From: Thermoanaerobaculia bacterium
GTDB taxonomy: Bacteria; Acidobacteriota; Thermoanaerobaculia; Multivoradales; JAHEKO01
Reading direction: 5' to 3'
Assembly (NCBI GenBank): GCA_945787525.1
Contig: CALZJC010000003.1
Span: 4,950-53,494 of the forward strand
DNA length: 48,545 nucleotides
The notes under the pieces were generated by a model. It did not search any database. It saw nothing but the letters and a program-made list of their open reading frames with translations, and had not been told where the DNA came from. Numbering within the stretch: position 1 is the stretch's first letter; the number at the start of each line of letters is the position of its first letter. A program made the translations under genes and the position numbers. Positions 26,882 to 35,595 of this stretch are shown here, one piece after another.

Positions 26882-27277
26882 CTAGTGGGCCGGGGCGAGG
26901 TGGCTGTCGGGCTCCACCGGCGGCGGCTCGTGGCGCAGCCGAGCGCGCTTGCGCATCCGGCTGAAGACGAACAGGTTGAAGAAGTGCATGAAGCCCAGGA
27001 CGAGGAGCACGCCGCCGACCTTGCCGGACAGGGCCTCGACAGCTCCTCTCGAGGAGAGAATCTCGCCGCCCAGCTTGAGCGCCAGCGTCACGTAGCCGAG
27101 ATTGACGAGATAGAAGCCGACGACCAGCAGGTGGTTCACCGAGTCGGCCAGGTCCTCTCGCCTGAACACGTCGACGAGGAAGACCCGGCCGTTGCGGTGC
27201 AGGGTCCGAGCGACCCAGACCGTGAGCAGGATGCTGATGATCAGGTACGCGATGTAGGTTGGGAGGATGAGGTCCAT
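26882..27277 (-). CDS. Small integral membrane protein (3 predicted TM segments), first gene of the TetR operon
   Basis: 131 aa, with hydrophobic segments. AAGGAG SD 6 nt upstream of the ATG. Confidence 0.6.
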   Translation of the reverse strand: MDLILPTYIAYLIISILLTVWVARTLHRNGRVFLVDVFRREDLADSVNHLLVVGFYLVNLGYVTLALKLGGEILSSRGAVEALSGKVGGVLLVLGFMHFFNLFVFSRMRKRARLRHEPPPVEPDSHLAPAH

Positions 27278-27295
27278 GAGAGCTCCTTTCTGTTT

Positions 27296-27309
27296 TTGAA
27301 CACGTTCAA
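27296..27309. promoter_or_regulatory. Palindromic operator O1 (TTGAACACGTTCAA), probable TetR site downstream of the -10
   Basis: A perfect 14-bp palindrome between the -10 and the SD. Confidence 0.55.
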
Positions 27310-27316
27310 CAAGTGC

Positions 27317-27345
27317 AGTATAGGCGGGGTTGGCCTGTCTGTCAA
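27317..27345 (-). promoter_or_regulatory. Sigma70-type promoter of the membrane protein-DCC-TetR-epimerase operon
   Basis: The minus strand reads TTGACA-N17-TATACT (-35 at 27345..27340, -10 at 27322..27317). It sits in a locally AT-rich stretch. Confidence 0.65.
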
Positions 27346-27351
27346 GTTTTT

Positions 27352-27365
27352 TTGAACGCGTTCAT
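27352..27365. promoter_or_regulatory. Palindromic operator O2 (TTGAACGCGTTCAT), probable TetR site abutting the -35
   Basis: 13/14 palindromic with the same half-site TTGAAC as O1. Centre-to-centre spacing is 56 bp. Confidence 0.5.
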
Positions 27366-27526
27366 AGATCGCTGCCGCCCTCCTCGGTGGCGGGCCGGCC
27401 GGCTTGCAGACGAGCGGTCTGGCTTTTCCCTGGCCCGGCTGGGGCCCAGCCTGGCCGGCTGTGAGCGGCCTGAGGTGGATGCCGGGCGTGAAGACGGGGC
27501 CGGCCGGCCTGCGACAGGCGAGATCT

Positions 27527-27748
27527 TCAGGCGGCGTCGACGGCGCCGATCCACCGCTGCGTGACTTCGAGCACGTGCGTAGTCTCGGGGCGCGCCAGGG
27601 CCTGATCGGTGAAGCTGCTGATGTCGTCGTGTTCGGCGCCGGCGAGCCGCAGCTCCTCCCGCACCGCGGCGACCAGAGCGAGAGGATTGGGGCTGCGAAT
27701 CGAGACGCTGATCTCGGGGTAGCGGGGAAGTGGGCGGTCGGGAGGCAC
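27527..27748 (-). CDS. Small hypothetical protein (73 aa)
   Basis: ORF 19 nt downstream of the RHH gene on the same strand. No motif recognised with confidence. Confidence 0.45.
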   Translation of the reverse strand: MPPDRPLPRYPEISVSIRSPNPLALVAAVREELRLAGAEHDDISSFTDQALARPETTHVLEVTQRWIGAVDAA

Positions 27749-27767
27749 TCGATCTCTCCCCGTCTGG

Positions 27768-28259
27768 CTACTCGTCCGCTGCGGCCGCGGACTCGGCCTC
27801 TTCGCCGAATACGTGGCGGGCCTGTTGGCGAAGACGTTCGCGCGCCGCCTCGACGTCGTCGAGAGCTCCCTTCAACCGTTCCAGCTCATCGGCGCGTACC
27901 CTGAGGCCTTCGCGGATGAACAGGGCGGCCGCCTCGGAACGGCTCTTGACGGCGCCGGTCTGCACCCAGGCGTCGAGGGCCTCGCTGGTCTCGGTGTCGA
28001 CCCGCACCATGACCACCTGGTCGCGGGTCGATTTGCCCATCTCGTCGACCGAGTCCTTGAGCCCCGGGGCCACGCAGACCACCTGCACCCGCTTGCTCTT
28101 CTTCGGCCAGGACCAGGTGGTGCAGTCGCCGCTCAGGTCGACGCCGATCCCCGCCTCCTCGAGCCCCGCCTGGATCGAGCCCAGTATGCCGCCCAGGTCG
28201 AACGGGTCGCTGCATTCACTCTTGTTCCGGTCTCCGGGTTCTTTCTTGTCGGTGCTCAC
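27768..28259 (-). CDS. Ribbon-helix-helix (CopG/Arc-like) domain protein
   Basis: GTG 28259 is preferred (GGAGA SD 6 nt upstream); ATG 28298 is the alternative. RHH-like VVMVRVDTETSEALDAWVQTGAVKSRSEAAALFIREGL is followed by a coiled coil and an acidic tail. Confidence 0.6.
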   Translation of the reverse strand: MSTDKKEPGDRNKSECSDPFDLGGILGSIQAGLEEAGIGVDLSGDCTTWSWPKKSKRVQVVCVAPGLKDSVDEMGKSTRDQVVMVRVDTETSEALDAWVQTGAVKSRSEAAALFIREGLRVRADELERLKGALDDVEAARERLRQQARHVFGEEAESAAAADE

Positions 28260-28309
28260 GTATGTCTCCGCTGCGTAATGACTGGCTCCGAGTGACACTT
28301 ACAGATTAC

Positions 28310-28337
28310 ATGATACGCATCCGAGGTCTCTTGTCAA
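28310..28337 (-). promoter_or_regulatory. Sigma70-type promoter of the RHH gene
   Basis: The minus strand reads TTGACA-N16-TATCAT, in the most AT-rich stretch of this intergenic region. Confidence 0.55.
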
Positions 28338-28469
28338 GCCCCCCTGATCAGAATGCGATCAACCCGCCGAGGGTCCGCACCTCTGACGGTCGATGCCGAG
28401 GACTCGTCCGATGCACCCGACCGTCGACTGCGGTCAGCAGCCAGCCGCGGCTCTCCTCTGGCGGGCGGT

Positions 28470-29624
28470 CTATCCGTCCAGCGCGGCCAGCCGGCCGATG
28501 ACCACCAGGCTCTGATCGTCGTCGTGCTCGCCGCGATCTTCGAACTGCTCGATCTCGGCGACGATCCGGTCGTGCACCTCTTGTGGGGTGCCGGCGTGCT
28601 CGAAGCTGCGCTGCAGCCGATCGAAGCCGAAGGCCTCCCCCTCCTCGTTGACCGCTTCGGGGATCCCGTCGGTATGGAGCAACAGCAGGTCGCCCGCCCG
28701 GATCTCGTCGCTGCCGGTCTCGAGGTCGAGCCGCGGTCTCAGACCGAGGGGAAAGGCGCCGCTGCCGAGCTTGCGAATCTGTCCGTCGCGCCGGCGCAGG
28801 AGCGGGAAGGGATGGCCGGCGCAGACGTACTCGAGCCTGCCGCTGGCGGGCTCGAGCAGGGCGTAGAAGAGGGTCAGGAAGGCGCGTGGCCCGCCGGTAC
28901 CGACGAGCGCCTTGTTGATCATCTCGGCCACCGCCAGGGGGCCGGGGTCGGTATCGACGGCGAGCTTGAGGGTCGCGTTGGTGATCGCCATCAGCATGGC
29001 GGCGGCGATGCCGTGGCCGCTGGCGTCGCCCACCGCCAGGGCGACGCGGCCGTCGGCCAGCGGCAGAAACTCGTAGTAGTCGCCGCCCACCGTATTGGCC
29101 GAGCGGTAGGAGAAGGCGAAGCTGTAGCCCTCGATCGCCGGCGCCTGCCGGGGCAGCAGATCCCGCTGCAGCTGCCGCGCCACCTCCAGCTCGTCACGCA
29201 CCTGGACCCGGTCGGCGAGCTCGAGGACGAGCAGGAAGACCAGGCCGAGGACGCTGATGAACAGCAGGATCGGGTGCTGCCAGGTCTCGATCGTCTCTCC
29301 GCCGACCTCGATCGTGTCGGTCTGCAGACCGAGCAGGGCGAGCAGCAGGCAGAGGGCGAAGAGCAGCCGCCGCGGCGGCGAGAGCCGCGAGGTGAACTCG
29401 ATGAACAGCGTCTTCGACCGGTACCACCAGCGGCGCAACCAGCCTTCGGGCTCCACTTCATCCGGATGGTCGTGGGTGATGATTCCGTAGGCGCGCTGCC
29501 AGTCACGCCGCCAGAGCTTCGGCAGGTCACGGGGCTTCACCCCACCCGCGTAGTCCCGGACCGAGGCCTTGAAGCCCTTCTCTGTCTGTCGAGGAGTCAC
29601 CGCACCCTCTCCGGCCCCCTGCAC
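28470..29624 (-). CDS. Membrane-anchored PP2C-family serine/threonine phosphatase (SpoIIE/RsbU-like)
   Basis: Two TM segments (LLFALCLLLALLGL, ILLFISVLGLVFLLVL), then RDLLPRQ, TVGGDYYEF, GDASGHGIAAAMLMA, LLLHTDGIPEA and DDQSLVVI. Confidence 0.9.
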   Translation of the reverse strand: MQGAGEGAVTPRQTEKGFKASVRDYAGGVKPRDLPKLWRRDWQRAYGIITHDHPDEVEPEGWLRRWWYRSKTLFIEFTSRLSPPRRLLFALCLLLALLGLQTDTIEVGGETIETWQHPILLFISVLGLVFLLVLELADRVQVRDELEVARQLQRDLLPRQAPAIEGYSFAFSYRSANTVGGDYYEFLPLADGRVALAVGDASGHGIAAAMLMAITNATLKLAVDTDPGPLAVAEMINKALVGTGGPRAFLTLFYALLEPASGRLEYVCAGHPFPLLRRRDGQIRKLGSGAFPLGLRPRLDLETGSDEIRAGDLLLLHTDGIPEAVNEEGEAFGFDRLQRSFEHAGTPQEVHDRIVAEIEQFEDRGEHDDDQSLVVIGRLAALDG

Positions 29625-29752
29625 TCACTTACGGTTGCCGGCGTCGATGGTTGAGGCTGGGTGCCGGAATCACAGTACGCGTCAGACAGCTGCCGCGCGC
29701 CGTCCCCAAGGGTGGTCGGCTTTGTGGGTGGACACTCCTGTCCGAGCTCGAC

Positions 29753-29857
29753 TCAGGCCAGGCGCAGGCCCAGCACGAAGGCGCCGGCCAGCAGCGCAAT
29801 CCAGCCGAGAAGGAGCGTGAGCAGCGCGCCGGGCTGAACGACTATGGGTCGGGTCAT
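29753..29857 (-). CDS. 34-aa single-TM peptide upstream of the PP2C gene
   Basis: ATG 29857 is preceded by AGAGGAGGGA at 6-nt spacing. Sequence: MTRPIVVQPGALLTLLLGWIALLAGAFVLGLRLA. Confidence 0.4.
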   Translation of the reverse strand: MTRPIVVQPGALLTLLLGWIALLAGAFVLGLRLA

Positions 29858-29948
29858 CGGTCTGTCCCTCCTCTGACTGGTAAGCGACAATGGTCCGCAA
29901 AGGGAGCAGCTCGGTTTCGCTGCGGGACACCGGCTGCCCGATCGCGAG

Positions 29949-30563
29949 ATGCGACTGAACCGCTTTGAGTACCTGCTGATGAACAATCCTCTGCGGGCCG
30001 CCGTCCAGCGCCGCTTCGAGGCGCCTCGACTGCTCGAGATGGGCGGTTCAGCCCGCGGCGGGGTCGCGTTGGAGCTGGGTTGCGGGCGCGGCGTGGGCGC
30101 CGAGCTGATCCTGGATCGGTTCGGGGTGGACTCGCTAGACGCGTTCGACCTCGACCCGCGCATGGTCGGGCTCGCCCGGCAGCGGCTCGGGGGCCGCCCG
30201 GTACGGTTCTGGGTGGCTTCGGGAACCGCCCTGCCGGCGGCGGACGACTCCTACGACGCGGTCTTCGATTTCGGCATCCTGCACCACGTTCGAGACTGGC
30301 GGCGGGCGGTTGCCGAAGTCGCCCGCGTCCTGAAACCGGGCGGCCGCTTCTACGCCGAGGAGGTGCTCGAGCCCTTCATCCGCCGGACGCGGTGGCTGCT
30401 GGATCATCCTCGGACCGATCGTTTCGACGCGGAGCAGTTTCGGGCCGCTATCGAGGCCAGCGGATTGGCGGTGGTGGACTGGCGCCAGTGGTGGGGCTGG
30501 GTGGCCTGGTACGCGGCCAGAAAACCGGTTCAGGCCGGACCGGGTGGCAGCGGCGAAGAGTAG
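29949..30563 (+). CDS. Class I SAM-dependent methyltransferase
   Basis: Motif I VALELGCGRGVG, post-I AFDLD, and LKPGGRFY. Confidence 0.85.
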   Translation: MRLNRFEYLLMNNPLRAAVQRRFEAPRLLEMGGSARGGVALELGCGRGVGAELILDRFGVDSLDAFDLDPRMVGLARQRLGGRPVRFWVASGTALPAADDSYDAVFDFGILHHVRDWRRAVAEVARVLKPGGRFYAEEVLEPFIRRTRWLLDHPRTDRFDAEQFRAAIEASGLAVVDWRQWWGWVAWYAARKPVQAGPGGSGEE

Positions 30564-30569
30564 CGCGGG

Positions 30570-31808
30570 CTATGTGTCCTGCCGCTGCTCTGCCGGCACG
30601 ATGGTCAGCAGCCACAGAAGACCGGCGGCGATCTCGAGCGCCGCGAAACAGAAGATCGCTTGGCGCAAGGTCGCTCCACCGGTCTGCAGCAGGAACGCCA
30701 CGGCCAGGATCGCCAGAGTGTCGACCAGGGTGATCAGCAGCCACTCGGTGGCGAAGACCCGGCCGCGGTAGCGGTCGGGCGTGCGCTTCTGCAGAAGCAC
30801 CGTGGAGGCCACCCAGTTGGCGCCGCTGGGGGCGTGGGCCAGGACGACCAGGACCGGCAGCCATGCGCCCCAGGCGACCCAACCGACGGTCAGATAGCAC
30901 AGGCCGGTCACGGTGAGGCCGATGCCGAACATGAGCGGCCAGTTGCGCTCGGCGACGCCGGCACGGGCGGCGATCGGCCCGATGCCGGTGCCCAGCCCGC
31001 GCGCGGCGAACAGCAACCCGATGCCCACGGCTGGCGCCTCGGGCCGCCAGGATTCGCCGATCAGGGTCAGGGCGTAGACCAGAGCGCCGCCGCCCAGTGC
31101 CCACACCGGCTTGACCAGGGCGATGCGGCCGATCTCGGGCCGGTGAACCAGCTGGCGCCAGCCGTCGGCGATCTCGGCAAGTGCCTTGCGCAGTCTGACC
31201 GCCCCGGTGTCGCCGCGGGTAGGCGGGATGCGCACGCCGGCGATGAAGGCGGCGGAGACCAGATAGCTGACGCTGTCGAGCACGAAGACGGTGCCGGTGC
31301 CGAAGCTCTCGGTGGCGAAGCCGCCGACCGCCGCCCCTACCGCCAGCAGCACCGACCAGGTGGCGGCGGAGAGCGCGTTGGCGGTCAGCAGCTCGCGCGG
31401 GCTGGTGATGTTGGGCAGCGTCGCGCTGCGCGCCGGCACGAAGATGGCGCCGATCATCATCTGCAGGGCGATCAGCCCGAAGAGCAGCGGCAGCTCGGCC
31501 TCCCGGTCGACGGCGAGAAAGCCCAGCACCACCGCCGCCCGCGCCAGGTCGGCGACGATCATCAGCCGTTTGCGGTCGAAGCGATCGGCCAGCAGCCCGG
31601 CCAGCGGCGAGGCGAGGGCGAACGGCAACGTCTTGACGATGAAGACCAGCCCCAGCGCCACCGGCGAGCCGGTCAGCTGGCGGATCAGGGTGTAGAGCGC
31701 GATGGTGTTGAGCCAGTCGCCGAGCAACGACGCCATGTCGCCGATCCACAGCCGGCGGAAGTCGCGGTTGGCGCGCAGGAGCTCGAGGTAGCCGGCCGAT
31801 GAGGTCAT
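30570..31808 (-). CDS. MFS transporter (12 TM)
   Basis: 412 aa with hydrophobic repeats. The DRFDRKRLM loop motif sits between TM2 and TM3. Confidence 0.85.
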   Translation of the reverse strand: MTSSAGYLELLRANRDFRRLWIGDMASLLGDWLNTIALYTLIRQLTGSPVALGLVFIVKTLPFALASPLAGLLADRFDRKRLMIVADLARAAVVLGFLAVDREAELPLLFGLIALQMMIGAIFVPARSATLPNITSPRELLTANALSAATWSVLLAVGAAVGGFATESFGTGTVFVLDSVSYLVSAAFIAGVRIPPTRGDTGAVRLRKALAEIADGWRQLVHRPEIGRIALVKPVWALGGGALVYALTLIGESWRPEAPAVGIGLLFAARGLGTGIGPIAARAGVAERNWPLMFGIGLTVTGLCYLTVGWVAWGAWLPVLVVLAHAPSGANWVASTVLLQKRTPDRYRGRVFATEWLLITLVDTLAILAVAFLLQTGGATLRQAIFCFAALEIAAGLLWLLTIVPAEQRQDT

Positions 31809-32016
31809 GGGATCGGTATTGGACTGCAGCGCCGCGAATCGATGGTGCTCCCGGGCCGGGCTACGCTTCCAGGCCGCACCGTGGCTTCGCTGGCTGCCTC
31901 AATGCTCCGCTCTCGGGGTGGCCGTTCCGGCTGCGCCCTCCGTCTGCTGTGAGGGGCCGGGCCAAGGTCCGGACTGTTCCGGCGGCCTGTTCCGGCCTGG
32001 CCGAGGTCAGGGCCGG

Positions 32017-33123
32017 CTACTCTGATGCGACGTCGGTGCTCAGACCGCGTCCGGTGACCAGATAGGTCGCAAAGCTGCCCAGCCAGTGGCCGCCCTCGTA
32101 GTGCTCGCCGGTCACCGAGCGCAACCCGGCGGCACGGTGGCGAGCGGCGGCGGCCAGCACCGCCGGGCGCCGAGGGTCGGCGGTCGGCAGACCGGCGGCG
32201 ATGCCCTCGAGCATCCAGGCGCGGCTCAGGTTGAGACCGTCGAGATGGGCCAGCTTGGGGTCGGTGGGGTCGCTCACGACCGCCGGCTCCAGCCAGGCGG
32301 CCGATCCCTCGAGCGGCAGTTCGGGCAGGAAAGCGCCCAGCCAGGCGGCAAAGGCGGGCGGTGGCAGGATGCGCCGCATCAGGTCGGCCTCGGCCAGACA
32401 GGGCGAAAGAAAGTCCTGGCCCGACGGCTCGTAGGCCAGCGGGCAGTTGCGGTCGTCGAGGTAGAACTGGCTCGACCGCGCCTCGACCAGCGCCGCCATC
32501 TCGGGTTCGGGCACGGTACGCGCCCAGTCGAGGATGAGACCGAAGGCGAAGGCGGTCTGCGAGTGCTCGCCGGTGCGGATCGGGTGGTCGAGCTTGGGCA
32601 GCCACTCGGCGATCCGTTGCGCGGCCTGGCGTTCCAGCGGTCCCAGGTTGAACGCCCAGAGCTGGACCTCCGGGTCGTCCCAGTTGCGCAGCTCGGCGGC
32701 CAGCTGCAGCAGCCAGGCCAGCCCGTAGGGCCGCTCGAAAGAGACTCTGCCGGCGCCCTCCAGGTAGGTGGCCTCACCCGCCAGCCGCTCGCCGGTCAGG
32801 CTCGTGGCCAGCGCCTGGCGCGCCGGCGCCGCAAAACCCGCCTGCGGCAGGGCCCGCGCCAGCCGCGCCAGCAGCCAGTGCCCGTGCACCGAGGAGTGCC
32901 AGTCGTAGCAGCCGTAGAAAGCCGGGGTCAGCTCGCGCGGCGGCAGGGCGTCCTGGTCGCCGGCCATCACGTGGGCGATCTTGTTCGGGTACTCACGGTG
33001 GACGCAGTCGAGGGCCAGGCCGGCAAACCGCTCGGCGGTGGCGGCATCGAGCGCGGTCTGCTGGGCGTTGGCCGGCAGGGCAAGGCCGGCTGCCAGCAGC
33101 AACGTTGCTGCACGCGTACGCAT
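32017..33123 (-). CDS. DUF2891-family secreted protein
   Basis: The real start is ATG 33123 (signal MRTRAATLLLAAGLALPANA). Motifs: REYPNKIAHVM and FYGCYDWHSSVHGHWLLARL. The rest of the 890-aa track ORF is artefactual. Confidence 0.8.
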   Translation of the reverse strand: MRTRAATLLLAAGLALPANAQQTALDAATAERFAGLALDCVHREYPNKIAHVMAGDQDALPPRELTPAFYGCYDWHSSVHGHWLLARLARALPQAGFAAPARQALATSLTGERLAGEATYLEGAGRVSFERPYGLAWLLQLAAELRNWDDPEVQLWAFNLGPLERQAAQRIAEWLPKLDHPIRTGEHSQTAFAFGLILDWARTVPEPEMAALVEARSSQFYLDDRNCPLAYEPSGQDFLSPCLAEADLMRRILPPPAFAAWLGAFLPELPLEGSAAWLEPAVVSDPTDPKLAHLDGLNLSRAWMLEGIAAGLPTADPRRPAVLAAAARHRAAGLRSVTGEHYEGGHWLGSFATYLVTGRGLSTDVASE

Positions 33124-33203
33124 GGTGGGCAGTCTAGCGCGGTGCCGGGGTGAAGGCGGTGAAGAATCGCACAGCCCGCCCGGCTGGCCCGCGTCGCGAA
33201 CTG

Positions 33204-34406
33204 CTAGCTGTCGCTGGTCATGATGAACAGCGGCAGCATCTCGAAGCTGCGGTAGAGCGGGCGCAGGCGGTCGGCGTTGTAGTGGCGCTTGACGTCGAGC
33301 CGCTTCTTGCGGGAGGTGACCACGTCGACCGGGACGTTGTCGTAGCGCCCGTTCTTGAGCACCACCAGCCGGCCGTGCACGCCGCCGAGGATCAGGTCGA
33401 GGGCCAGGTTGCCGTAGGCCATCGGCACGATCGAGTCGACCGCGTCGGGGTCTCCCGAGCGGGTCAGGTAGCTGAGCTTCTGGTAGACGACGTTCACCCT
33501 GCGGCCGTCGTTGAATCGCGGCGAAAGCTCTTTCAGGCCGGCCGCGACCTGCTCGCCGATGCCGCCCAGCTTGGCGTGGCCATAGGCGTCGACGGCCTGG
33601 TCCGCGAAGACCATGTCGCCGCCCTCGAACTTCGCCCCTTCGGAGACGAGCACCACCGCGTAGTTGCTGGGGTTCTGCCGCCGGTCCTCGACCAGCAGCT
33701 CGGTCAGCCGTTCCATGTTGAAGTTGTGCTCGGGGATCAGGCAGCGGTTGGCAGAGCCGGCCATGGCCGGCAGCAGGGCGGTGAAGCCGGCGTAGCGGCC
33801 GAAGACCTCGAGCACCAGAAACCGCTCGTGCGACCCGGCCACGGTGCGCAGGCGATTGGTCATCTCGATGGTGCGGGTGACGCAGGTCGAGAAGCCGATG
33901 CAGTAGTCGGTGCCCGACACGTCGTTGTCCATCGTCTTGGGGATCGCCACCACTTTGACCCCCTCCTGATAGAGCCGCACGCCGTAGCTCAGCGTGTCGT
34001 CGCCGCCGATGGGGATCAGGTAGTCGATGCCCAGCCATTCGAGGTTCTTCAGGACCTCTGGCGTCAGGTCGTTGACCTCTTCGGTGTAGCGGTCGCGCAA
34101 GCGGGCCGGCACATCTTCCCGCTTCACCTTGCCGGGGTGGGTGCGCGAGCTGTGCAGGAAGGTGCCGCCGGTTCGCCCCGCCTTGTTGACCACTTCGTCG
34201 GTGAGGATCTGGTAGTGCGCGGCGCTGTCGTCGGCGTCGGGGTCGAGATCCACCAAGCCGGCCCAGCCACGGCGGATGCCGACGACTTTGTAGCCTTCGC
34301 GCAGGGCGCGGATGGTCACCGCTCGGATGGCGGGGTTCAGGCCCGGCACGTCGCCGCCGCCCGTGAGGATACCGATGACACCCTTGTTGCTCTCGACGAC
34401 GGCCAT
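33204..34406 (-). CDS. pfp: 6-phosphofructokinase, PPi-dependent-type signature
   Basis: Motifs: GILTGGGDVPGLNPAIR, IGGDDTLS (Asp where ATP-PFKs have Gly) and PKTMDNDV (Lys where ATP-PFKs have Gly). Confidence 0.8.
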   Translation of the reverse strand: MAVVESNKGVIGILTGGGDVPGLNPAIRAVTIRALREGYKVVGIRRGWAGLVDLDPDADDSAAHYQILTDEVVNKAGRTGGTFLHSSRTHPGKVKREDVPARLRDRYTEEVNDLTPEVLKNLEWLGIDYLIPIGGDDTLSYGVRLYQEGVKVVAIPKTMDNDVSGTDYCIGFSTCVTRTIEMTNRLRTVAGSHERFLVLEVFGRYAGFTALLPAMAGSANRCLIPEHNFNMERLTELLVEDRRQNPSNYAVVLVSEGAKFEGGDMVFADQAVDAYGHAKLGGIGEQVAAGLKELSPRFNDGRRVNVVYQKLSYLTRSGDPDAVDSIVPMAYGNLALDLILGGVHGRLVVLKNGRYDNVPVDVVTSRKKRLDVKRHYNADRLRPLYRSFEMLPLFIMTSDS

Positions 34407-34488
34407 GGTCTCTCCTGTTGCCCTGGTTGGCGCTGACCTGCGAAGCTAACATGCCGCCGCCGTCAGGCGAATAGAATCGCCACCGAAG

Positions 34489-35595
34489 ATGAGCCAGAGC
34501 TCGCGCCGGCCGCTGGTGGCCGTGGACGCCCGAATGGTGGAGGCCTCGGGGATCGGCACCTACCTGCGCAACGTGCTCTCGAGGCTGGTAGCCGTCGGGC
34601 CGGAGTGGCGTCTGGCGCTGCTCGGGCACCCCGAGCAGCTGGCCCGTCATTCGTGGAGCGCGGCGCCGGGGGTCGAGGTAGTCGCGCACCGGGCGCCGCT
34701 CTACGGGCTGCGCCAGCAGATGCTGCCGGCGGCGGCGCGCGCCCGCTCACCAGATCTGCTCTGGGTGCCGCACTACAACATCCCGCTCGCCTGGCGCGGG
34801 CGTCTGCTGGTGACCGTCCACGATCTGGCCCATCTGGCGCTGCCCGAGGTGTTCGGGCGGGGCGCCCGGCGTGCCTACGCCTGTCTCACCTTTGCCGCGG
34901 TGCGCCGTCGTGCGGCCGGGCTGCTCTATGTCTCGCGCTTCAGCCGCGACGAGTTTCATCGTCTCGTGGGTGCGCCCCGGGGTGCCGAGTGGACGGTGCC
35001 GAACGGCGTCGGTCGGCAGTGGTTCGAGGTGCCGTCGCCGCCGTCGCCGGAACGGCCCTACTTGGTCTTTGTCGGCAACGTGAAACCGCACAAGAACCTC
35101 GGCCGGCTGCTCGAGGCGTTTGCCATGCTGACGTCTGAGATCCCCCACGACCTGGTCCTGGCAGGCCGCCGGCGCGGCTTTCTCACCGGCGACCGGGAGA
35201 TCGCGCGGCGCGCCGCGGACCTCGGCGAGCGGGTCCGCTTCACCGGCCTCCTCGAGGAGGAAGATCTGCGGCGCATGGTGGCCGGCGCCGCCGCCCTGGC
35301 GTTGCCGTCGCTCTACGAGGGGTTCGGTCTGCCGGCTCTGGAGGCGATGGCCTGCGACGTTCCGGTGCTCGCGGCCCGCGCCGCGTCGCTGCCCGAGGTG
35401 TGTGGAGAGGCGGCGCTCTACTGCGACCCCCGCGACCCGCGGGACATCGCCGCCGGGCTGCGCCGGCTGGTCACCGACGCCGAGCTGGTCTCGCGACTGA
35501 TCGCGGCGGGCGGCGAGCGCGCCCGGTTGTTCAGCTGGGACCACACCGCCGCCGCCGTGGCCGGCGCGATCCGCGAGGTACTCGACCGGGCCTAG
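34489..35595 (+). CDS. Glycosyltransferase family 4 (GT-B)
   Basis: C-terminal EGFGLPALEAMACDVPVLAARAASLPEV (E-x7-E region). 368 aa. Confidence 0.85.
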   Translation: MSQSSRRPLVAVDARMVEASGIGTYLRNVLSRLVAVGPEWRLALLGHPEQLARHSWSAAPGVEVVAHRAPLYGLRQQMLPAAARARSPDLLWVPHYNIPLAWRGRLLVTVHDLAHLALPEVFGRGARRAYACLTFAAVRRRAAGLLYVSRFSRDEFHRLVGAPRGAEWTVPNGVGRQWFEVPSPPSPERPYLVFVGNVKPHKNLGRLLEAFAMLTSEIPHDLVLAGRRRGFLTGDREIARRAADLGERVRFTGLLEEEDLRRMVAGAAALALPSLYEGFGLPALEAMACDVPVLAARAASLPEVCGEAALYCDPRDPRDIAAGLRRLVTDAELVSRLIAAGGERARLFSWDHTAAAVAGAIREVLDRA

